Of a DNA stretch of 64,000 nt, positions 9,758 to 19,593 are shown one piece after another (position 1 is the stretch's first letter; each line of letters starts with the position of its first letter). The DNA is from a virus. The DNA lies in IMG/VR virus record IMGVR_UViG_3300005573_000054, positions 32,001 to 96,000 of that record. The stretch is one strand, 5' to 3'. The position numbers and the translations under genes were made by a program. Under the pieces are notes generated by a model. That model did not search any database. It was not told the origin of the DNA and saw nothing but the letters and a program-made list of their open reading frames with translations.

Positions 9758-10273
9758 ATGAAAGTGTATACTTTCGAACAAGTAGTCGCTCAAGTGAATG
9801 AAGGCAAGTTCTTTGAAGATAAGGAAATCCTCAAGCTTTGCGACAAGAACGGGTGGACAGTCGCCCATGAACAAGCTTCTCAAGGCTGGACAACGGAAGA
9901 CAAGGAGATACTCAAGCTTTGTGATAAGAATGGTACAAGTGTGGCACATTTACAAGCGCTTCACAAGTGGACAACGAACGACAAGGAAATACTCAAGCTT
10001 TGTGACGAGTTCAAGGTGAGTGTTGCTCACGAACAAGCGTTTCGAGGATGGGTAACAGAAGATCCAGAAATTCTAGCTTTAGCTACCACAAGTAACTTCC
10101 TAGTAGCGAAAATTCAAGCATACTATTCGGGTTGGACTCCAGAAGGAGAAACTAGAGAAAAGTTTGTACAAGAACTTCAAAAGAATTTCCCAGTGGAGAA
10201 AGTACAAGAAATACTTTACGATATTGATGGTCTAGCAAAAGAGTATTTCAAGAAAATCTTATTCGGGAGGTAG
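9758..10273 (+). CDS. Repeat protein 2 (3 repeats)
   Basis: Same caps and repeat; RBS AGGAGGTG before ATG 9758. Confidence 0.9.
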   Translation: MKVYTFEQVVAQVNEGKFFEDKEILKLCDKNGWTVAHEQASQGWTTEDKEILKLCDKNGTSVAHLQALHKWTTNDKEILKLCDEFKVSVAHEQAFRGWVTEDPEILALATTSNFLVAKIQAYYSGWTPEGETREKFVQELQKNFPVEKVQEILYDIDGLAKEYFKKILFGR

Positions 10274-10276
10274 GAG

Positions 10277-11593
10277 ATGGAGATGTGTACTTTTAAGCAA
10301 GCAATTACTCAAGTAAATGAGGGTAAGTTCTTTGAAGACCCAGAAATCCTCAAGTTATATAATGTCTTCGGGCGGACAATCGCCCATGAACAAGCTTCTC
10401 AAGGCTGGATAACGGAAGACAAGGAGATACTCAAGTTAAAGGATGATCATGGTACAAGTGTAGCTCACGTTCAAGCAGAACATGGATGGACAACGGAAGA
10501 CAAGGAGATACTCAAGCTTCAAAATAACAGTGGGCTGACTGTTGCCCACAAACAAGCAGAACAAGGATGGACAACTGAAGATCCAGAGATTCTTAAGTTG
10601 TCCGACTGGTCAAGCTGGAGTGTTGCTCACACTCAAGCTAGACAAGGATGGACCACTGAAGACAAGGAGATACTCAAGTTACATAATATGTATGGGTGGG
10701 CGGTTGCCCACGAACAAGCTAAACAAGGTTGGATAACAGAAGACAAGGAAATTCTCAAGCTTCGCGACAAGAGTGGCACAAGCGTAGCTCATACACAAGC
10801 ATCTCGAGGATGGACTACAGAAGACAAGGAAATACTCATGTTACAAGACAGAATGGGGCGAACAGTCGCCCACGTTCAAGCAGATCAAGGTTGGACTACG
10901 GAAGACAAGGAAATTCTCAAGCTTCGCGACAAGAGTGGCACAAGCGTAGCTCATGTACAAGCATCTCGAGGATGGACAACGGAAGACAAGGAAATTCTCA
11001 TGTTGAAAGATAAGCATAATACAAGTGTAGCACATCTACAAGCAGAACGAGGATGGTCAACTGAAGACAAGGAGATACTCAAGTTAGAAGACGATCATGG
11101 TACAAGTGTTGCGTATAAACAAGCTAGACAAGGATGGATCACGAATGACGAGGAAATTCTCAAGCTTTGCGATGGGGGTGGCTGGTCCATCGCCCATAGA
11201 CAAGCTTCTCAAGGCTGGATAACTAATAACAAGGAGATACTCAAGTTGAAAGATAGATATGGTACAAGTGTAGCGCATTTACAAGCAGAACGAGGTTGGA
11301 CAACAGATGACAAGGAAATACTCAAGCTTCAAAATAACAGTGGGCTGACTGTTGCCCACAAACAAGCAGAACAAGGATGGACAACTGAAGATCCAGAGAT
11401 TCTTCTCCTCACGGAAAAACTAGGAGTCACTGTAGCCGAAGTTCAAGCAAGCTATTCAGGTTGGATATTAAGCGAAGACATTCAAGAAAAACTACGCCAA
11501 GAACCTTATAAGCTTAGTAAAGAGAAGCTTAACAAGTTAATATCATCAGTTAACGAAGCTTCAAGGCGATTCTTCAAGAATGCTCTAAAATAA
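10277..11593 (+). CDS. Repeat protein 3 (13 repeats)
   Basis: Same family; C-cap class SEDIQEKLRQEPY. Confidence 0.9.
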   Translation: MEMCTFKQAITQVNEGKFFEDPEILKLYNVFGRTIAHEQASQGWITEDKEILKLKDDHGTSVAHVQAEHGWTTEDKEILKLQNNSGLTVAHKQAEQGWTTEDPEILKLSDWSSWSVAHTQARQGWTTEDKEILKLHNMYGWAVAHEQAKQGWITEDKEILKLRDKSGTSVAHTQASRGWTTEDKEILMLQDRMGRTVAHVQADQGWTTEDKEILKLRDKSGTSVAHVQASRGWTTEDKEILMLKDKHNTSVAHLQAERGWSTEDKEILKLEDDHGTSVAYKQARQGWITNDEEILKLCDGGGWSIAHRQASQGWITNNKEILKLKDRYGTSVAHLQAERGWTTDDKEILKLQNNSGLTVAHKQAEQGWTTEDPEILLLTEKLGVTVAEVQASYSGWILSEDIQEKLRQEPYKLSKEKLNKLISSVNEASRRFFKNALK

Positions 11594-11607
11594 AAGGAGG
11601 TGGGAAA

Positions 11608-12366
11608 ATGGGAGTATGTGTCACTTTCGAACAAGTAGTCGCTCAAGTGAATGAAGGCAAGTTCTTCGAAGACCCAGAAATCCTCAAGCTTTATAACGAG
11701 AACGGGTGGAGTGTTGCCCATGAACAAGCGGATCAAGGATGGATAACGGAAGACAAGGAAATACTCAAATTAAAAAACAAGTATAACATAAGTGTAGCTT
11801 ATGTTCAAGCGTTCCGAGGATGGACAACAGAGGATCCAGAAATACTCAAGATTCAGGACAAGAACGGGTGGACTATCGCCCACGAACAAGCGGTTCGAGG
11901 ATGGACAACTGAAGACAAGGAAATACTTATGTTAAAAGATAAGTTTGGAACAAGTGTTGCCCATGAACAAGCGAAACAAGATTGGGTAACTGAAGACAAG
12001 GAAATACTTATGTTAAAAGACCAACACGGAACAAGTGTTGCTTATATTCAAGCTAGACGAGGATGGACAACTGAAGACAAGGAAATACTTAAACTAGAAG
12101 ACGATCAAGGTGTAACTGTAGCTCATGTTCAAGCAGAGCAAGGTTGGACGACAGAAGATCCAGAGATTCTAGTCTTGGCCACTTATGATGGCGTAACAGT
12201 GGCCGAAGTTCAAGCAGAACATTCAGGATGGGAGCTAGAAGGAGAGACCAGGGAAAGGTTTATTCAAGAGCTTCAAAAGAACTTTTCAAAGAGAAAAGCG
12301 CAAGAAGTACTTCACAATGTTGACAAGATGAGGAAAAAGTACTTCAAGGAAGCTCTGTTGGAATAA
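11608..12366 (+). CDS. Repeat protein 4 (6 repeats)
   Basis: Same family; RBS AAGGAGGTG. Confidence 0.9.
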   Translation: MGVCVTFEQVVAQVNEGKFFEDPEILKLYNENGWSVAHEQADQGWITEDKEILKLKNKYNISVAYVQAFRGWTTEDPEILKIQDKNGWTIAHEQAVRGWTTEDKEILMLKDKFGTSVAHEQAKQDWVTEDKEILMLKDQHGTSVAYIQARRGWTTEDKEILKLEDDQGVTVAHVQAEQGWTTEDPEILVLATYDGVTVAEVQAEHSGWELEGETRERFIQELQKNFSKRKAQEVLHNVDKMRKKYFKEALLE

Positions 12367-12370
12367 TAAG

Positions 12371-12460
12371 ATGAGACGAGACAATGTTCCAATATACAAT
12401 CAAGTAGTCACTCAAGTAAACAAGAAACACACAAGAGAAGATTTAATCTCAAGCCCTTAA
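12371..12460 (+). pseudogene. N-cap remnant of a repeat-protein gene
   Basis: MRRDNVPIYNQVVTQVNK resembles the N-cap MNRNDTLMYKQVIAQVNK of the 16674 paralog, then stops. Confidence 0.55.
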
Positions 12461-12484
12461 TTTTTCTGTTAAGAGGTAGAGAAC

Positions 12485-12919
12485 ATGAAAGCGTGTCTTT
12501 TTGAACAAGTAGTTGCTCAAGTAAATGAAGGTAAGTTTTTTGAAGACAAAGAGATACTCAAGCTTCACGACGAGGACGGACGAACAGTTGCCCACGTTCA
12601 AGCAGAACAAGGTTGGATTACAGAAGACAAGGAAATACTCAAGTTGAAAGATATAAGCGGGTGGACAGTTGCCCACCAACAAGTGGTTCGAAGATGGATA
12701 ACAGAAGACCCAGAGATTCTAGTTTTGGCTACCATAAGAAACATCCTAGTGGCAGAAGTTCAAGCATGTTATTCAGGTTGGACCCCAGAAGAGGAAACCA
12801 GGGAAAAGTTCGTGCAAGAACTTCGGAAGAATTTTCCAGAGGAGAAAGCACAAGAGATACTTCACAATGTTGATAGTCTAGCAAAAGAGTATTTCAAGAA
12901 AATCTTATTCGGGAGGTAG
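12485..12919 (+). CDS. Repeat protein 5 (2 repeats)
   Basis: Same family. Confidence 0.88.
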   Translation: MKACLFEQVVAQVNEGKFFEDKEILKLHDEDGRTVAHVQAEQGWITEDKEILKLKDISGWTVAHQQVVRRWITEDPEILVLATIRNILVAEVQACYSGWTPEEETREKFVQELRKNFPEEKAQEILHNVDSLAKEYFKKILFGR

Positions 12920-12922
12920 GAG

Positions 12923-13678
12923 ATGGAGATGTGTACTTTTAAGCAAGCAATTACTCAAGTAAATGAGGGTAAGTTCTTTGAAGATAAAGAGATACTCAAG
13001 CTTTGCAACGGGAACGGGTGGAGTGTTGCCCATGAACAAGCATTTCGAGGATGGACAACAGAAGACAAGGAAATCCTCATGTTGTATGATGATACTGGGT
13101 GGACTGTCGCCCATGAACAAGCTTCTCAAGGTTGGACAACAGAGGATCCAGAAATTCTCAAGTTTTGCGATGATGTTGGACAGACTGTCGCCCACGTTCA
13201 AGCATCTCGAGGATGGACAACCGAAGACAAGGAAATACTCAAGCTTCAAAATGACAGTGGGTGGACAGTCGCCCATGAACAAGCAAGCAGAAGATGGACA
13301 ACGAACGACGAGGAAATCCTCAAGTTAAAAGACAACCACGAGTGGACTGTTGCCCATATTCAAGCTAGACGAGGATGGATAACTGAAAACAAGGAAATAC
13401 TCAAGTTGAAAGACGATCGTGGTACAAGTGTAGCTTATGTTCAAGCATCTCAAGGATGGATAACAGAAGATCCAGAAATTCTAGTCTTGGCCACTCACGA
13501 TGACATAACAGTAGCCGAGGTTCAAGCTAAATACTCAGGATGGGAACCAGAAGGGGAAGTCAAGGAAAAGTTTGTGCAAGAACTCCAGAAAAACTTTTCA
13601 AAGAAGAAGATACAAGAAATACTTCAGGATATCAACGAGTTGAGGAAAAAGTATTTCGAGAGAATCTTATTAGTGTAA
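12923..13678 (+). CDS. Repeat protein 6 (6 repeats)
   Basis: Same family. Confidence 0.9.
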   Translation: MEMCTFKQAITQVNEGKFFEDKEILKLCNGNGWSVAHEQAFRGWTTEDKEILMLYDDTGWTVAHEQASQGWTTEDPEILKFCDDVGQTVAHVQASRGWTTEDKEILKLQNDSGWTVAHEQASRRWTTNDEEILKLKDNHEWTVAHIQARRGWITENKEILKLKDDRGTSVAYVQASQGWITEDPEILVLATHDDITVAEVQAKYSGWEPEGEVKEKFVQELQKNFSKKKIQEILQDINELRKKYFERILLV

Positions 13679-13817
13679 CGAGATAAATCAAGATAAACAA
13701 ACAAGAAATATCAAAGAAAGAACCATTATAATTGTTTAATAAGTTTTTTCGTGTTGAAGTTACAAGAAAATTTTTCCAAAAATATCTCAAAAAATCTTAT
13801 AGACGGGAGGTGAGGAA

Positions 13818-14810
13818 ATGGAAGCGTATACTTTTGAACAAGCAATCACTCAAGTGAATGAAGGTAAGTTTTTCGAAGACAAGGAGATACTTAAACTTCA
13901 CGATGAGAATGGGTGGACTGTTGCCCATGAACAAGCTAAACGAGGGTGGACAACTGAAGATAAGGAGATCCTCAAGCTTCACGATAAATCATGGCGAAGT
14001 GTAGCCCATGAACAAGCGAAACGAGGATGGACAACAAATAACAAGGAGATACTCATGTTACGTGACACTTTCAGATGGTCTGTTGCTCATATTCAAGCAG
14101 AACATGGGTGGACAACTGAAAATAGAGAGATTCTCAAGTTGTTCGACTGGTCCAACTGGACTGTCGCCCATGAACAAGCAAGACGAGGGTGGACAACTGA
14201 AGACAAGGAAATTCTTAGACTTTATAGCGACTATGGATATACTGTAGCTTATATCCAAGCAAAACATGGATGGATAACAAATGACAAAGAAATACTCAAA
14301 TCGAAAGATAAGTATGATACAAGTGTAGCGCATCTACAAGCAAAACATGGCTGGACCACCGAAGATAAGGAGATACTCAAGCTTTATGATAAGAATAAGT
14401 GGTCTGTTGCTCATGAACAGGCAAGACAAGGATGGACTACTGAAGATAAGGAAATCCTCAAGTTAGAAGACAATTGTGGTACAAGTGTCGCTCATATTCA
14501 GGCAGAACAAGGATGGACAACTAAAGATAAGGAGATACTCAAGTTGCATGATGTCTGTGGGTGGACAGTCGCCCATGAACAAGCTAAACGTGGTTGGATA
14601 ACTGAAGATCCAGAGATTCTTCTTTTCGCAGAAAGACTGGGAGTCACTGTTGCAGAAATTCAGGTAGAATATTCAGGCTGGACACTAAGCGAAGACATCC
14701 AAGAAAAACTACGGCAAGAACCTTACAGACTCAGTGAAGAGGAGTTTAACAAGTTAATGTCGTCAATCAACGAAGCTTCAAGACGGTTCTTCAAGAATAC
14801 TCTAAGATAG
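13818..14810 (+). CDS. Repeat protein 7 (9 repeats)
   Basis: Same family; RBS GGGAGGTG. Confidence 0.9.
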   Translation: MEAYTFEQAITQVNEGKFFEDKEILKLHDENGWTVAHEQAKRGWTTEDKEILKLHDKSWRSVAHEQAKRGWTTNNKEILMLRDTFRWSVAHIQAEHGWTTENREILKLFDWSNWTVAHEQARRGWTTEDKEILRLYSDYGYTVAYIQAKHGWITNDKEILKSKDKYDTSVAHLQAKHGWTTEDKEILKLYDKNKWSVAHEQARQGWTTEDKEILKLEDNCGTSVAHIQAEQGWTTKDKEILKLHDVCGWTVAHEQAKRGWITEDPEILLFAERLGVTVAEIQVEYSGWTLSEDIQEKLRQEPYRLSEEEFNKLMSSINEASRRFFKNTLR

Positions 14811-14824
14811 AAGGAGGCGGGAAA

Positions 14825-15817
14825 ATGGAAGCGTATACTTTCGAACAAGCAATCACTCAAGTGAATGAAGGCAAGTTCTTCGAAGATAAGGAGATACTCA
14901 AACTTCACAATAAGAATGGGTGGACTGTAGCCCATGAACAAGCGGAGCATGGTTGGACAACTGAAGACAAGGAGATACTTAGACTTTGCGACAAGAATGG
15001 GTGGACTGTGGCCCATGAGCAAGCTAGACGAGGGTGGACTACTGAAGACAAAGAGATACTCAAGTTGAGAGATCAGTACGGAGTAAGTGTCGCTCATATT
15101 CAAGCAGAACGAGGATGGACAACCGAAGACAAGGAGATACTCATGTTACGTAATATTTATGGGTGGACTGTTGCCCATGAGCAAGCTAGACAAGGGTGGA
15201 CAACTGAAGACCCAGAGATTCTTTTTCTCGTAGATAGACTAGAAATCACTGTAGCTGAAATACAAGCAAAACATGGATGGATGACAAATGATAAAGAAAT
15301 ACTCAAATTGAAAGATATGTACGGCACAAGTGTAGCACATTTTCAAGCAGAACATGGTTGGACTACAGAAGACAAGGAGATACTCAAGCTTTGTGATAAG
15401 AATAACTGGTTTGTTGCTCACGAACAAGCGAAACGAGGATGGACGACTGAAGACAAAGAGATACTCAAGTTAGATGACGATCAAGGTGTAAGTGTCGCTC
15501 ATATTCAAGCAGAACGAGGATGGACAACTGAAGACAAAGAGATACTCATGTTGCGTAATATCTATGGGTGGACTGTTGCCCATGAACAAGCTAGACAAGG
15601 GTGGACAACTGAAGATCCAGAGATTCTAGTCTTAGCCACTCGTGATAACTTAATGGTAGCCGAAGTTCAAGCAAGCTATTCAGGCTGGACACTAAGCGAA
15701 GACATTCAAGAAAAACTGCGACAAGAACCTTATAGACTTAGTGAAGAGGAGCTTAACAAGTTAATGTCGTCAATCAACGAAGCTTTAAGACGGTTCTTTA
15801 AGAATGTTCTAAGATAA
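14825..15817 (+). CDS. Repeat protein 8 (9 repeats, one being an internal terminal-type VAEIQA unit)
   Basis: Same family. Confidence 0.9.
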   Translation: MEAYTFEQAITQVNEGKFFEDKEILKLHNKNGWTVAHEQAEHGWTTEDKEILRLCDKNGWTVAHEQARRGWTTEDKEILKLRDQYGVSVAHIQAERGWTTEDKEILMLRNIYGWTVAHEQARQGWTTEDPEILFLVDRLEITVAEIQAKHGWMTNDKEILKLKDMYGTSVAHFQAEHGWTTEDKEILKLCDKNNWFVAHEQAKRGWTTEDKEILKLDDDQGVSVAHIQAERGWTTEDKEILMLRNIYGWTVAHEQARQGWTTEDPEILVLATRDNLMVAEVQASYSGWTLSEDIQEKLRQEPYRLSEEELNKLMSSINEALRRFFKNVLR

Positions 15818-15831
15818 AAGGAGGTGAGAAA

Positions 15832-16677
15832 ATGGAAACATATACTTTTGAACAAGCGATTGCCCAAGTGGATAAAGGTAAGTTTTTCGAAGACAAGGAG
15901 ATACTTAAACTTCACGACGAAAACGGGTGGACTGTTGCCCATAAACAAGCTAAGTATGGTTGGACAACTGAAAACAAGGAGATACTCAAGTTAAAGGATA
16001 ACCGTGGTATAAGTGTAGCCCATGAACAAGCTAAACGAGGGCGGACAACAGAAGACCCAGAGATTCTTAAGTTGTCCGACTGGTCCAGATGGACTGTTGC
16101 TCATATTCAAACAGAACATGGGTGGACAACTGAAGACAAGGAAATACTCAAGTTAAACGACAAATGGGAACGGGCTGTGGCCTACATTCAAGCTAGATAT
16201 GGATGGACTACAGAAGACAAGGAAATACTCAAGTTAAGAGACAACCATGGGCGGTCTGTTGCCCACGAACAAGCGGAGCTAGGATGGACAACGGAAGACA
16301 AGGAAATTCTCAAACTTTGTAACAAGAGCGGTACAAGCGTAGCACATTTACAAGCGGAACAAGGATGGACTACAGAAGACCCAGAAATCCTCAAGCTTTG
16401 CAATAAGTACGGTGTAAGTGTAGCTCATGAACAAGCTAAACGTGGTTGGATAACTGAAGATCCAGAGATCCTAGTTTTAGCCGCCACAGGAAACTTCCTA
16501 GTAGCAGAAGTTCAAGCAGAGTATTCAGGTTGGAAACCAGCGGAGGAAGTCGAGGAAAAGTTCGTGCGAGAACTTCAGAAGAATTTTCCAGAGGAGAAAG
16601 TACAAGAAATACTTCATAATATTGATGATCTAGCAAAAAATATTTCGAGAAAATCTTGTTTGGGAGGTAGGAGATGA
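15832..16677 (+). CDS. Repeat protein 9 (7 repeats; -1 frameshift in the last codons)
   Basis: Same family; the A-run at ~16635-16640 is one base short relative to paralog ends LAK.YF.KILFGR*. Confidence 0.88.
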   Translation: METYTFEQAIAQVDKGKFFEDKEILKLHDENGWTVAHKQAKYGWTTENKEILKLKDNRGISVAHEQAKRGRTTEDPEILKLSDWSRWTVAHIQTEHGWTTEDKEILKLNDKWERAVAYIQARYGWTTEDKEILKLRDNHGRSVAHEQAELGWTTEDKEILKLCNKSGTSVAHLQAEQGWTTEDPEILKLCNKYGVSVAHEQAKRGWITEDPEILVLAATGNFLVAEVQAEYSGWKPAEEVEEKFVRELQKNFPEEKVQEILHNIDDLAKNISRKSCLGGRR

Positions 16678-17834
16678 ATCGAAACGACACTCTAATGTAT
16701 AAACAAGTAATTGCTCAAGTAAATAAGGGTAAGCTCTTCGAAGACAAGGAGATACTCAAGCTTTGTGATAAGTACGGTACAAGTGTAGCTCACGTTCAGA
16801 CAGAACGAGGGTGGACAACCGAAGATAAGGAAATTCTTACACTTCATAAAAAGTCTGGATGGACTGTTGCCCATCAACAGGCAGAACGTGGATGGACAAC
16901 AAATAACAAGGAGATACTCAAGCTTTGCAACAAAAGCGGTATAAGTGTAGCTCACGTTCAAGCTAAACATGGGTGGACAACTGAAGACAAGGAAATACTC
17001 AAGCTTCATGATGACTTTGGGCGGACTGTAGCTCATGAACAAGCTAAACAAGGATGGACCACTGAAGACAAAGAAATACTCGAACTTTGTGATGTCACTG
17101 GATGGACTGTAGCTCATGAACAAGCTAAACAAGGATGGACTACTGAAGACAAAGAAATACTCGAACTTTGTGATGATTCTGTATGGACTGTAGCTCATGA
17201 ACAAGCTAAACAAGGATGGACTACTGAAGACAAGGAAATACTCGAACTTTGTAATGACGATGGATGGTTTGTTGCCCATGAACAAGCTAAACATGGGTGG
17301 ACAACTGAAGACAAGGAAATACTCAAGCTTCATGATGACTCTGGATGGACTGTAGCTCATGAACAAGCTAAACAAGGATGGACTACTGAAGACAAGGAGA
17401 TACTTAAACTATGTAACAACCCTGGATGGACTGTAGCTCATGAACAAGCTAAACAAGGATGGACTACTGAAGACAAGGAGATACTCAAGTTAAGAAACCA
17501 GTATGATCGGACTGTTGCTCATGAACAAGCTTCTCACGGATGGACGATAGAAAACAAGAAAATACTTAAGTTGAAAGATAAACATGGTACAAGTGTAGCA
17601 CATTTACAGGCAGAGCAAGGATGGACAACAGAAGATCCAGAAATCCTTTTACTCACAGATAAATCAGGGACTACCGTCGCAGAAATTCAAGCAAGGCGTT
17701 CAGGTTGGTTACCAAGTGAAGACACTCAAGAAAAGATACGGCAAGAGCTCTGTAAATCTGCGGTAAGGAGGTTCAACAGTTTAATAACAGCTGCTTCGAA
17801 AAAGTTTTTCCAACAGACTCTGAAAGGAGAGTAA
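16674..17834 (+). CDS. Repeat protein 10 (11 repeats)
   Basis: Same family; central units homogenised to WTVAHEQAKQGW. Confidence 0.9.
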   Translation: MNRNDTLMYKQVIAQVNKGKLFEDKEILKLCDKYGTSVAHVQTERGWTTEDKEILTLHKKSGWTVAHQQAERGWTTNNKEILKLCNKSGISVAHVQAKHGWTTEDKEILKLHDDFGRTVAHEQAKQGWTTEDKEILELCDVTGWTVAHEQAKQGWTTEDKEILELCDDSVWTVAHEQAKQGWTTEDKEILELCNDDGWFVAHEQAKHGWTTEDKEILKLHDDSGWTVAHEQAKQGWTTEDKEILKLCNNPGWTVAHEQAKQGWTTEDKEILKLRNQYDRTVAHEQASHGWTIENKKILKLKDKHGTSVAHLQAEQGWTTEDPEILLLTDKSGTTVAEIQARRSGWLPSEDTQEKIRQELCKSAVRRFNSLITAASKKFFQQTLKGE

Positions 17835-17867
17835 TATAGAAACCACAACCTAAATGAGGTAAAGAAA

Positions 17868-18461
17868 ATGAAAGTATTTACTTTTAAGCAAGCGGTTGCC
17901 CAAGTAACTAAAGGTAAGTTCTTTGAAGATAAAAAAATCCTCAAGCTTCACGACAAGAACGGGTGGACTGTTGCCCATGAACAAGCGAAGCGAGGATGGA
18001 CCACCGAAGACAAGGAAATACTCAAGCTTTGTGATAAGTACGGAGTGAGTGTAGCCTATGAACAAGCGAGACATGGCTGGACCACTGAAGACAAGGAAAT
18101 TCTCAAGCTTTGCAACAAAAGCGGTACAAGTGTAGCTCATATACAAGCGAGATATGGCTGGACTACTGAAGATAAGGAGATACTCAAGCTTCGTAATAAG
18201 TACGGTACAAGTGTAGCACACGAACAAGCGTACCGAGGATGGGTAACAGAAGACCCTGAGATTCTAGTTTTAACTACCATAAGTAACTTCCTAGTAGCAA
18301 AAGTTCAAGCATGTTATTCAGGTTGGACTCCTGAAGGGGAAACCAGAGAAAAGTTCGTACAAGAACTCCAAAAGAATTTCCCAGTGGAGAAAGTACAAGA
18401 AATACTTTACGATATTGATGATCTAGCAAAAAAGTATTTCAAGAAAATTTTGTTAGAATAG
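17868..18461 (+). CDS. Repeat protein 11 (4 repeats)
   Basis: Same family; C-cap nearly identical to that of protein 2. Confidence 0.9.
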   Translation: MKVFTFKQAVAQVTKGKFFEDKKILKLHDKNGWTVAHEQAKRGWTTEDKEILKLCDKYGVSVAYEQARHGWTTEDKEILKLCNKSGTSVAHIQARYGWTTEDKEILKLRNKYGTSVAHEQAYRGWVTEDPEILVLTTISNFLVAKVQACYSGWTPEGETREKFVQELQKNFPVEKVQEILYDIDDLAKKYFKKILLE

Positions 18462-18472
18462 GAGGTGAGAAA

Positions 18473-19384
18473 GTGGAGTCGTATACTTTTGAACAAGCGT
18501 TTATTCAAGTACTTAGTGGCAAATTTTTCCAGGACAAAGAAATACTTAAATTATATAACGAAGATGGACGGACTATTGCTCATGAACAAGTAAGACAAGG
18601 ATGGAGAACAGAAGATAAAGAGATACTCAATTTATATGACAAAGATAGATGGACTGTTGCCCATCAACAGGCAGAACGTGGATGGACAACAAATAACAAG
18701 GAGATACTCAAGCTTTGTGATAAGTACGGTACAAGTGTAGCTCACGTTCAAGCAGAACACAGATGGACTACTGAAGACAAGGAAATACTCAGGCTTTGCA
18801 ACGACTCTGGACGAACAGTCGCTCATATTCAAGCATCTCATGGATGGACTACAGAAGACCTAGAAATCCTCAAGCTTTGTGGTAATCTTGAATGGACTGT
18901 CGCTCATGAACAAGCAAAACAAGGATGGACAACAGAAGATCCAGAAATCCTCAAGCTTTGCGACAAGAACGGGTGGACTGTGGCTCATGAACAAGCACGC
19001 CAAGGATGGACTACTGAAGACAAGGAGATACTCAAACTTCGCGACAAGACCGGGTGGACTGTTGCTCACGAACAAGCAGATCGAGGTTGGACAACAGATG
19101 ACAAGGAGATACTCAAGTTATGTAATATCTTTGGTCGGTTTATCGCTCATGTACAAGCGCTTCGAGGATGGACCACAGAGGATCCAGAGATTCTAGTCTT
19201 GGCCGCTTTTAACAACTTAACAGTAGCAGAAGTTCAAGCAGAACATTCAGGATGGGAACCGGAAGGAGAAGTCAAGGAAAAGTTCGTACAAGAACTTCAG
19301 GAGAACTTTCCTAAGGAAATAGTACAAGAAATACTCTGTAACATTGATAAGTTGAGGAAAAAGTATTTCAAGAGAATCTTATAA
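18473..19384 (+). CDS. Repeat protein 12 (8 repeats), GTG start
   Basis: Same family; RBS AGGAGGTG. Confidence 0.9.
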   Translation: MESYTFEQAFIQVLSGKFFQDKEILKLYNEDGRTIAHEQVRQGWRTEDKEILNLYDKDRWTVAHQQAERGWTTNNKEILKLCDKYGTSVAHVQAEHRWTTEDKEILRLCNDSGRTVAHIQASHGWTTEDLEILKLCGNLEWTVAHEQAKQGWTTEDPEILKLCDKNGWTVAHEQARQGWTTEDKEILKLRDKTGWTVAHEQADRGWTTDDKEILKLCNIFGRFIAHVQALRGWTTEDPEILVLAAFNNLTVAEVQAEHSGWEPEGEVKEKFVQELQENFPKEIVQEILCNIDKLRKKYFKRIL

Positions 19385-19399
19385 ACGGGAGGTGAGAAA

Positions 19400-19588
19400 A
19401 TGGAAACATATATTTTTAAGGAAGTAATCATTCAGGCAAAACGCTCAGGATGGATGTTGAATGAAGATATTCAAGAAAAACTACAACAAGAACCTTGTAA
19501 ATTTAACGAAGAAAGATATAATAAATTAGTATTATCAACTAATAAAGCTTCAAGACAATTCTTCCAAAATATCCTAAAAAAAGAGTAA
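19400..19588 (+). CDS. Repeat protein 13: N-cap fused directly to C-cap (zero repeats)
   Basis: METYIFKEVIIQ joined to AKRSGWMLNEDIQEKLQQEP...; intact RBS GGGAGGTG. Confidence 0.75.
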   Translation: METYIFKEVIIQAKRSGWMLNEDIQEKLQQEPCKFNEERYNKLVLSTNKASRQFFQNILKKE

Positions 19589-19593
19589 CAAAA

